Shown here piece after piece: positions 1 through 7,192 of a stretch of 20,000 nucleotides of DNA (positions within the stretch are counted from its first letter, which is position 1; every line of letters starts with the position of its first letter). The notes below the pieces were generated by a model. That model saw only the letters and a program-made list of their open reading frames with translations. It ran no database searches and was not told the DNA's origin. The position numbers and the translations under genes were made by a program. The DNA lies in the sequence record SRR31156797_5854, one strand, 5' to 3'.

Positions 1-354
1 TACATTAAATTCGTCTGAAGCTTCCGAAAGCAGATATTCTTTGCCGATATCAGAAAGCAAAGCTAAATCTGATAGCAAAAAAATTCCTGACATAATTATT
101 AACACTACAAATACAGATGAAACGAAAGATACATTCATTGTCTTCAAACTCTGTGATAGTAAAAATAGGTGATATAATCCTATTATAAATAATGCAACTA
201 TAGTAAGTCCACCTAAAGTCTCTAAATACTTTGGCACTTCTGTTAACTGTGGTATAAGTTTTATTTTCAATAATATAAATACAATTAAACAGTAGATGAG
301 CAATAGAATTGACGTAATACCAAATATTTTCTTCCCAATATTATTCCTTTTCAT
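1..354 (-). CDS. Multi-pass membrane protein, 3' end runs off the window (not in ORF track)
   Basis: Manual translation from ATG at 354 (RBS GAGGT upstream): MKRNNIGKKIFGITSILLLIYCLIVFILLKIK...LGGLTIVALFIIGLYHLFLL...VFVVLIIMSGIFLLSDLALL. Open to base 1 with three hydrophobic stretches; overlaps the XRE gene end by 14 bp. Confidence 0.85.
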   Translation of the reverse strand, partial: MKRNNIGKKIFGITSILLLIYCLIVFILLKIKLIPQLTEVPKYLETLGGLTIVALFIIGLYHLFLLSQSLKTMNVSFVSSVFVVLIIMSGIFLLSDLALLSDIGKEYLLSEASDEFNV

Positions 355-574
355 TTAAATCTACCTCACTTTCATGTTCTAAATAGAATACTTCCTCAAC
401 AGTCGTGTGAAAAACTTCGGCCATTTTCAGGGCTAGCACAGTGGATGGCACATATTTACCTTTTTCTGTGGAATAGATAGTCATCCTAGATACTCCAACT
501 ATATCAGCAAGAGACTGCTGCGTCATTTCGCCATTTAAAAACCTTAGCTTTCTGATATTATTTTTTAATTTCAC
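341..574 (-). CDS. XRE/Cro-like helix-turn-helix transcriptional regulator
   Basis: NNIRKLR...MTQQSLADIVGVSRMTIYSTEKGKYVPSTVLALKMAEVF is a classic HTH_3 pattern; GTG start with RBS GAAAGGGG. Confidence 0.95.
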   Translation of the reverse strand: MKLKNNIRKLRFLNGEMTQQSLADIVGVSRMTIYSTEKGKYVPSTVLALKMAEVFHTTVEEVFYLEHESEVDLNEKE

Positions 575-612
575 TTATCGTACCCCTTTCCTATGAAGAT
601 TATACTTGTATT

Positions 613-675
613 ATAAAGCATACTTAGCATTATGTAAAGTATTCTTTACTTCAATTGATGTAAAATATATGTACA
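613..675. promoter_or_regulatory. Probable operator site(s) of the XRE regulator
   Basis: Inverted repeat GTAAAG-TATT-CTTTAC at 634-649, with degenerate copies at 613-628 (ATAAAG-CATA-CTTAGC) and about 660-675, just upstream of the XRE gene. Confidence 0.55.
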
Positions 676-691
676 ATCACTATACCTGTAC

Positions 692-746
692 AAAACAAAA
701 AGTCCGCTACTGTACAATGACGCTTTCACTGATACAGAACCGACTT
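692..746 (-). terminator. Long imperfect hairpin plus U-tract ending the LCP transcript
   Basis: Minus strand reads AAGUCGGUUCUGUAUCAGUGA-AAGCG-UCAUUGUACAGUAGCGGACUU-UUUGUUUU, about 50 nt after the LCP stop. Confidence 0.65.
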
Positions 747-797
747 AATAATAAAACTTTGATTTTTTGTTTTTTAAAATTCTTGTTAAGTTAAGTA

Positions 798-2012
798 TTA
801 TTCACTAATTTTATTATAGAATAAATCTATCACTAATTCACGAGTAGCTTTTGCATCCACAATATAGACTGCTTCCTCATCTTCACCCTCGGGTACTACA
901 GTCTCTCCTTGAATTGAAATTATCTCCTTAGAAGAAAAATCGTCAGATAAAACTGTTTGAACCAGAAATGAAAACTCATTATTTTCGATATTGTAAACAG
1001 AATAATCATTGATTAACTTCAACAATTCAAAAGGAAGCGTAACATTAGTCTTGGTTTGTTCCTTTACAGTATCTAAAAATGCATGAACAAACTGTATCTG
1101 CCTTGGGCGTCTACTCTCCAAATCACTGTTATCTTCTTTAGTATTTCGAACCTTAACATAAACACACGCTTCAGGACCATTTAAAGTAACTACATTCCCT
1201 TTTTTCATTTTATGTAAATTCATGCTATATTCCTGCTGCTTGGTCATTATACTGTTATATCGTGCATATGGATAAAAATCTTCTAAAACTTCCAGAGTAA
1301 TGCCCCCTACAGCATCAGTAAGCTCAATAATTGCATTTAGATTAATAGCAAAATATCTGTTAATCGGAATACTGTATAGAAGTGAACTTACTGCTTCGGT
1401 CGTAAGGTTCGCACTTATCTCCTTACCATCACCATAGGCATAGGACGTGCATATCTGCCCCTCAACGGTATTAATAACACGGGTATAGTTGGAATCCATA
1501 ATATCAATTTCTGTCAGACAATCCCTTGGTATGCTTATAATATTAGCTTCTTCTGTCTGTGTATTTATTGAAACCAGTACTAATAAATCCGCATGACCTC
1601 CAGTAATATAGCCATTCTTAATATGTCTGCCTTCCGTTGTTTCATCTACACCTATAAACAAAAGATTAATAAGATCTGGATTGTACTGATAAAACTCACC
1701 ATCATACTGCACAGCATTGTCAGGCAATTCCAGACCTGTGTCTACTACGTCTTCTTCTGGATTTTCTGAGGATTCAGTAGCAGCAACATCAATTACACTG
1801 GTATCCTCAATAACAAACATTTTTTCTTCATTATATTTTCCAGTAGATTTTACATAATAGACTGCATAAATAATTCCTGCTGTTATAATAAGAAGAAGTA
1901 CAATTATGAATATTTTTATAATTTCAGCTAATAGCTTCTTGGGATGTGTATTAGTATTTTCTTTCACAATGTCTAATGATTTACCATCATTTTGAATAGT
2001 ATCTTTACTCAC
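798..2012 (-). CDS. LytR-CpsA-Psr (LCP) family glycopolymer transferase
   Basis: Single N-terminal TM helix; motifs NLLFIGVD, ADLLVLVSIN, ISIPRD, SYAYG, DAVGGI, TLNGPEA..YVKVR, RRPRQ. Confidence 0.93.
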   Translation of the reverse strand: MSKDTIQNDGKSLDIVKENTNTHPKKLLAEIIKIFIIVLLLIITAGIIYAVYYVKSTGKYNEEKMFVIEDTSVIDVAATESSENPEEDVVDTGLELPDNAVQYDGEFYQYNPDLINLLFIGVDETTEGRHIKNGYITGGHADLLVLVSINTQTEEANIISIPRDCLTEIDIMDSNYTRVINTVEGQICTSYAYGDGKEISANLTTEAVSSLLYSIPINRYFAINLNAIIELTDAVGGITLEVLEDFYPYARYNSIMTKQQEYSMNLHKMKKGNVVTLNGPEACVYVKVRNTKEDNSDLESRRPRQIQFVHAFLDTVKEQTKTNVTLPFELLKLINDYSVYNIENNEFSFLVQTVLSDDFSSKEIISIQGETVVPEGEDEEAVYIVDAKATRELVIDLFYNKISE

Positions 2013-2029
2013 AATTTTATCCTTTAGTA

Positions 2030-2791
2030 TTAATATATCACTTCATCAATAAGTACGCCTACAACTAAATATCGTTTAGTACTTCGGTTTTTAACACAAG
2101 TTGATAATGTTATTATTTTATCATCTACCGTTACATCTACATCGTCTATATAATTATCTATAACTCCAGTATACTTTGAAAAGGTCTCTATATATGAAGT
2201 GTAGAATTCGTCATCATTATAATCAACACCCCATAGTATCCTTTTATCATCACGCTGATACGATGCAAAGATTTTATATGTACATTTCTTTTCTGGAGTA
2301 TAAATATATATCATTCTGTAATTATTTATAAATTCTTCATCTTCAAATTTGTGTAAATCAGCAAACATAGTACCATTATCATTATTGTGTCCATATATTA
2401 CTGTATTCCTATCTATTAAATCAGAAGAAGTATCGCAATCGAAAAAAATAGCTCCTCGCTCATCTGGATCCTGTCTGATAGAATTCTCAAGATAATACTG
2501 ATTGTCATATGTTTGGGCAATAGGATAATCAATAACAGTACCAGGTATCTCTATCCATCCTACAATATCCATATTTTCTTTATGCAATTCATCAAAATCT
2601 ACAATCTTTTCACCTGGAATCTCAATCTCTGGTGTAGGATTAGGTGTTACTGCTGAAATAGTAGTCATAGCTTGACTCTCTATTATATCATTTTCAGCTT
2701 TATTGACTTCAGCGCACGAGACAATACTTAACAATACTAATATTATTATAGCTATTGGCAAAATTCTGTTCTTGTAAGTTATTTTATTCAT
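2030..2791 (-). CDS. srtB: Class B sortase
   Basis: NMDIVGWIEIPGTVIDYPIAQ, DNQYYL, GAIFFD, NTVIYGHN (catalytic His), TLSTC (catalytic Cys) and downstream Arg (KRYLVVG). Confidence 0.95.
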   Translation of the reverse strand: MNKITYKNRILPIAIIILVLLSIVSCAEVNKAENDIIESQAMTTISAVTPNPTPEIEIPGEKIVDFDELHKENMDIVGWIEIPGTVIDYPIAQTYDNQYYLENSIRQDPDERGAIFFDCDTSSDLIDRNTVIYGHNNDNGTMFADLHKFEDEEFINNYRMIYIYTPEKKCTYKIFASYQRDDKRILWGVDYNDDEFYTSYIETFSKYTGVIDNYIDDVDVTVDDKIITLSTCVKNRSTKRYLVVGVLIDEVIY

Positions 2792-2817
2792 TTACAATCC
2801 TCATTGTCTCTTTTCAC

Positions 2818-2852
2818 GAAAAGAAAGGTTAATTGATCTATCAAGTAACCTT
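2818..2852 (-). terminator. Terminator/attenuator-like hairpin between the surface-protein gene and srtB
   Basis: Minus strand AAGGUUACUUGA-UAGA-UCAAUUAACCUU (one mismatch) followed by UCUUUU. Confidence 0.55.
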
Positions 2853-2900
2853 ATTTTAAATATAATTATTGTATGTTTACATAGTATACGAAATCAATAA

Positions 2901-3473
2901 CTAGAATTCTGCCATTCTCTTTTTATTAGCAAACAATGCTATTGAGGCTAATACTACACAAGCTATTATTAATCCAATAATAGTATAGGTATTTGTGCTG
3001 CCTGTGCTTGGTGATTCAGCCCCAGGTTCAGAATCAACAATAATAGAAATTAATGCAGGGAATTCAGCTGTAAACTTAACCATTCCATCTACGATTTCAC
3101 TTTCTAATACTATCCACTCGCCATCTTTATAACATAGAACTGTTACTACAGAATCTTCTGTTAAATTTTCAACCTGTAAAGAAACTGTTGCTTCTCCTTC
3201 AACGTCACTTCCGTCTGCATCAGCCAACTTAATTTCGCTCATGAGTATTGGAACACCTGCTACTTCATTTGCCTCAATATAAGCATCCATCTCTTCGTTT
3301 AGCTTTGCTTTTTCATTTTCATCTGTTAGATCAGAAACTGCAACATTTTCTACTTCAGCAGGTGCACCTTCAAAACGTATTGTACCTACTACCGGACTTG
3401 GAGCTGCTAATGCTGCTAACCACAATGAACATGTAGCAGCAATGACTAACACCATCGCAATAACTTTCTTCAT
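2901..3473 (-). CDS. Small acidic cell-wall-anchored protein with SPxTG sorting signal (probable SrtB substrate)
   Basis: Sec signal peptide (MKKVIAMVLVIAATCSLWLAALA); C-terminal SPSTG, then a hydrophobic helix and KKR tail; RBS AAGGTGG. Confidence 0.88.
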   Translation of the reverse strand: MKKVIAMVLVIAATCSLWLAALAAPSPVVGTIRFEGAPAEVENVAVSDLTDENEKAKLNEEMDAYIEANEVAGVPILMSEIKLADADGSDVEGEATVSLQVENLTEDSVVTVLCYKDGEWIVLESEIVDGMVKFTAEFPALISIIVDSEPGAESPSTGSTNTYTIIGLIIACVVLASIALFANKKRMAEF

Positions 3474-3559
3474 AATATTACCACCTTATAAATTTTTATC
3501 ATATTATTATAATATGTTACATACTTGCATAATCCATCCATTGCCTGTCTATGTGTGTA

Positions 3560-3588
3560 ATAATACCATTATTTACCTATGTTATCAA
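3560..3588 (-). promoter_or_regulatory. Putative sigmaA promoter for the SPxTG protein-srtB-LCP unit
   Basis: Minus strand TTGATA (3588-3583), 17 nt spacer, extended -10 TG-G-TATTAT (3568-3560). Confidence 0.5.
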
Positions 3589-3677
3589 CAACTTTTAAAA
3601 CACTTATTTCGACATATTATCACAAATTATTGTAATTGCTTGCACAAATAATAGTATTATTTTAATAAGTGACAAAT

Positions 3678-4856
3678 TTATTCAATAATTCTTGCATATA
3701 TTTTCGGGATTGCTCCTTCAGTTTCATTTACTTTCTCAATATTGATATTCTCAATATCTACGTACCCCATCAATTCTCCATACACTTGGAATCTCTCACC
3801 ATTTTTGATTGCTTTCTCTCCATAATATTCAATTAATGCTATATCGTCACTATCGTTATTTACATAAAATGTAAATATTTGAGTTGGATAACGCTGTATT
3901 ATTTCCTGTACTCTGCCAGATATCTGAAATATTGTATAACCAGCACTAGTATCATCTTGGCTTGTTAATGCTGTATAGTCAGACGATATCGCCGATGTTT
4001 TGTATATATCAATATTAAATTGCCTTTCAACGTCAATTGTTTGTGTATATGTACCAAATTCTGGCGAAAAAGCTACTATATCAAAAGAGTATTTGCCTGG
4101 AATAACCGGAATATTTGATAACCAAATATTAAAAGTTTCTGAATCTTCCTTATGCTCTATTTCATATTCTAAATCAGTACTAAGCTCAAGTTCAGTTCCC
4201 TTAGATACTGTTCCTGATATTAAGAGCTGATTTGTTTCAGTGCTAAATATCTGCTCTGGATTGAATGCCAGCTGAATACTGGTATATTTTCTGAATATAA
4301 TCAACTGCTTTTTAATACTATCACCATTTTGGGCAATTGCTCTTATTGTCACATGGTTTTCTCCATAATCCTCCACGGGAATTACAATTTCACAATTACC
4401 TTCTTCATCAATAGCTGTATCTGCTTTAAGTCCATCTACTTCAATAATTGAAGCATTTGTATTTGCATTAACAATCGCTTCATTACCTTCAATTACTATT
4501 ATATCCTCCAAATCATCTGAAAATGACAATGTCAATTCATAATTACCAATACTTTGCCCAATTACTGTACTGTTATTATTTGACTTAATATTTAGAAGCA
4601 TTGAAAGAAGATAAGCTAAAACAGCAAACAGCAAAATAGTAGCAATCCATACAACAGCAGTCAATTTTTTTATTCTTGTAGTACGCTGTACTTGTTTTTC
4701 AAGCATATGCCCCTTTTTTAAAATAACAATTGGTATCTGTCCATCATCACTATCATTATAATTCTGGACATCGTCTTGTTTTATAAGTTCATTGCCGCAT
4801 TTATAGCAATGAGTATGATAGTAATTATTAATTGTTTTACATTGAGTACATCTCAT
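3678..4856 (-). CDS. Zinc-ribbon single-pass membrane protein with beta-rich extracellular domains
   Basis: N-terminal CxxC-x10-CxxC, TM helix near aa 65-90, Ig-like segment (GENHVTIRAIAQNGD), C-terminal OB-fold-like pattern (FQISGRVQEI...FQVYGELMG...IPKIYARIIE). ATGA overlap with the upstream phosphatase gene. Confidence 0.8.
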   Translation of the reverse strand: MRCTQCKTINNYYHTHCYKCGNELIKQDDVQNYNDSDDGQIPIVILKKGHMLEKQVQRTTRIKKLTAVVWIATILLFAVLAYLLSMLLNIKSNNNSTVIGQSIGNYELTLSFSDDLEDIIVIEGNEAIVNANTNASIIEVDGLKADTAIDEEGNCEIVIPVEDYGENHVTIRAIAQNGDSIKKQLIIFRKYTSIQLAFNPEQIFSTETNQLLISGTVSKGTELELSTDLEYEIEHKEDSETFNIWLSNIPVIPGKYSFDIVAFSPEFGTYTQTIDVERQFNIDIYKTSAISSDYTALTSQDDTSAGYTIFQISGRVQEIIQRYPTQIFTFYVNNDSDDIALIEYYGEKAIKNGERFQVYGELMGYVDIENINIEKVNETEGAIPKIYARIIE

Positions 4857-5599
4857 TTAATAATCTCCTGATTATGTATTTGGTCGTTTTTCAGAATATT
4901 TAGTGCATTATTATTTACTAATTCAGTATAATATTCTTCATTTACTATTCTTCTTAGAATATATAACGCTTCACCTATATGCTCTGTATCCTGTATATCA
5001 TGAGCATCACTTCCAACAATATGAATAAGTCCACGCTTTAGCAGTTTTTTTACAAACCTCGCTGGAATTCTGCCATATTTACCTAATAAACTCAGTAAAT
5101 TCATCTGTATAATAACACCGTCATCAACCCAGGATTCTATAACATCAAATCTGTTCATTAATACATCTATTCGTTCTACATGAGCTAATATTGATTTTAA
5201 TCCCCATACTGATAAATTGTATATTACCTCATCTATCAAGAGAATATCCTGTCCAAATACAGGCTCTATAAGTACATATTCTGTATCTTCAATAACCAAA
5301 TTTCCTATAATATCTTGTGTTGTTATGCTGTCTCTAGTCTGTACTTCATACCCAAGTTTCAAATTAATAGGTATCTTTTCTTCTTTTATTCTTTCTTTTA
5401 ATAAATTAAACTGTTTATTAATTGTATGAAATTTCACACTGTAATCATTAGCTGTATACATATGAGGTGTTGCAATTATTGTATTTATACCAGCATCAGC
5501 GAGATTTTTTGCCATATGAACAGATACTTCAATATCTTCTGCCCCATCATCAACTTCGGGGATAATATGACAGTGAATATCGATTACATTCATTCTCAT
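4853..5599 (-). CDS. cpsB: CpsB/CapC/YwqE-type PHP-family protein tyrosine phosphatase
   Basis: IDIHCHIIPEVDDGA, IATPH, LAHVER, GSDAH metal-binding motifs. Confidence 0.95.
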   Translation of the reverse strand: MRMNVIDIHCHIIPEVDDGAEDIEVSVHMAKNLADAGINTIIATPHMYTANDYSVKFHTINKQFNLLKERIKEEKIPINLKLGYEVQTRDSITTQDIIGNLVIEDTEYVLIEPVFGQDILLIDEVIYNLSVWGLKSILAHVERIDVLMNRFDVIESWVDDGVIIQMNLLSLLGKYGRIPARFVKKLLKRGLIHIVGSDAHDIQDTEHIGEALYILRRIVNEEYYTELVNNNALNILKNDQIHNQEIIK

Positions 5600-6444
5600 A
5601 ATTTAAATCTTCTCTTTTTAGTGTCGGCAGTTTTGCTTTTGTTTCTTGAGTAAACAAATTTTCTATCTTGTGTGCTGTTTTTTTTACTATTTAGATTATT
5701 ATCAACATCTTCAACGTCTTCAGCATAATCACTCACATCATTATTTGAGTAGCCATAATTATTACCATAGCCATACCCATATCCATATCTGTATTTACCC
5801 CCTCTGGAAGTTTCCTTATATTGTGTCAGAATTGAACCGATTATATTTCCATCAACGACATCCAGCGCTTTCTTTGATTCCAAGAGAGTTTTTTCATGGG
5901 TAAACATATGCTTTGCCACGATTATAATTCCGTCTGATATTTTAGATAAGGACAATGCGTCCGGCACAACCAGCACAGGCGGTGTATCAATGATTATATA
6001 GTCAAAGTCTTCTTTCATTCTTTCAAACATAGAATATATTTTGGCAGAACTAAGCAAAGTCACAGGGTTTGGCGGCTTTAATCCACTAGTCATAATATAT
6101 AAATCATTAATCTCTGTTTCAATAACCACATCTGCATAGTCATCCAAAAAAACGGCGTTACTGAAACCATTATTATTTACAATGTTGAAATGTTTATGGA
6201 CTCTAGGCTGTCTAAAGTCACTATCTACTAATAGAACTTTCTCACCAGACATAGCAAGAGAGATTGCTGTATTTACCGATATAGTTGTTTTTCCCTCGCC
6301 CATAATTGAGCTGGTAATCATAATAGTTTTTATATTCTTATCTATTGTTGAGTACTTAATATTAAGTGCAATCTTATTAAATATATCGCGCAATACAGAT
6401 GATTCAATCAAATTCGATTGCGGTATAGTTGATAACTTCTTCAT
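5596..6444 (-). CDS. cpsD: CpsD/CapB-type bacterial tyrosine kinase
   Basis: Walker A GEGKTT, A' LLVDSDFRQP, Walker B IIIDTPP, and Tyr cluster YRYGYGYGYGNNYGY. Confidence 0.95.
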   Translation of the reverse strand: MKKLSTIPQSNLIESSVLRDIFNKIALNIKYSTIDKNIKTIMITSSIMGEGKTTISVNTAISLAMSGEKVLLVDSDFRQPRVHKHFNIVNNNGFSNAVFLDDYADVVIETEINDLYIMTSGLKPPNPVTLLSSAKIYSMFERMKEDFDYIIIDTPPVLVVPDALSLSKISDGIIIVAKHMFTHEKTLLESKKALDVVDGNIIGSILTQYKETSRGGKYRYGYGYGYGNNYGYSNNDVSDYAEDVEDVDNNLNSKKNSTQDRKFVYSRNKSKTADTKKRRFKL

Positions 6445-6446
6445 AG

Positions 6447-7163
6447 TTATGCCTTCCCTTTTCTATTAGTCTTGCTGACATCTAAATAAGGCACTATACC
6501 AAATGTCGTTGTCCCCAATATTTTATCCATTTGTTCTGAAGATGCAATAGTTGAATCAAATAAGTCAATTATTATAGCAAAAGCTGCAGCAATAAAAACA
6601 CCAGCAAAAATACCAATTAAAGTATTACGTTGTCTGTTTGGTCTTATAGGTATTACAGGTAATCTAGCATAGTCAATTACCTGAACATTATCCATTTTCA
6701 TGATTTCAGTCACTTCTTCCTGAAAAACGTCCACCAATGCATTTGCTATAATCTTTGCAGTATCGGGATTAGTATTTTGTACGGATATTTTTATAATCTC
6801 AGTATTATCCTCCGCCTCTACATCAATACTTTTTGCAAGATCTTTTACAGAAATATCCAAGCTTGTTTGTTCAATAACCTGAGACAGAACTCTCTCAGTC
6901 TTTGCAATGATTCTATACGAATTGACTAGCTTAAGTCCCAGATTATAATCATTGTAGCTGATATTAGTTAAATCGCTTTCATTCTTCTGTGAACTAATAA
7001 TAACAGTCGCTTCTGCTTGGTATATGTCCGGCAGAATTATCCATGAATAAGCCGCTGCTAATCCGCCAAACACAATAGCTGCTGCTGCAATCCACCATAA
7101 TCGCTTCATAATACTACGAAACAAGTCAACTAAGTTAATTTCTATATATTTCTCTTCGTTCAT
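6447..7163 (-). CDS. cpsC: Wzz/CpsC/CapA polysaccharide co-polymerase, kinase activator
   Basis: EINLVDLF start, two TM helices, PDIYQAEAT, VQVIDYARLPVIPIRPN, C-terminal LG...FGIVP. Confidence 0.93.
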   Translation of the reverse strand: MNEEKYIEINLVDLFRSIMKRLWWIAAAAIVFGGLAAAYSWIILPDIYQAEATVIISSQKNESDLTNISYNDYNLGLKLVNSYRIIAKTERVLSQVIEQTSLDISVKDLAKSIDVEAEDNTEIIKISVQNTNPDTAKIIANALVDVFQEEVTEIMKMDNVQVIDYARLPVIPIRPNRQRNTLIGIFAGVFIAAAFAIIIDLFDSTIASSEQMDKILGTTTFGIVPYLDVSKTNRKGKA

Positions 7164-7192
7164 TTAATACAAATCTCCACCTTAATATCATT

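Noticed and set aside
606-794. 62-aa plus-strand ORF
   Set aside because: TTG start without RBS; it spans the XRE operator and the LCP terminator, and has no recognisable motif.
2030-3473. Classical sortase-assembled pilus or Isd heme-uptake locus
   Set aside because: No class C sortase, YPKN/E-box pilin motifs, NEAT domains or heme ABC transporter are visible.
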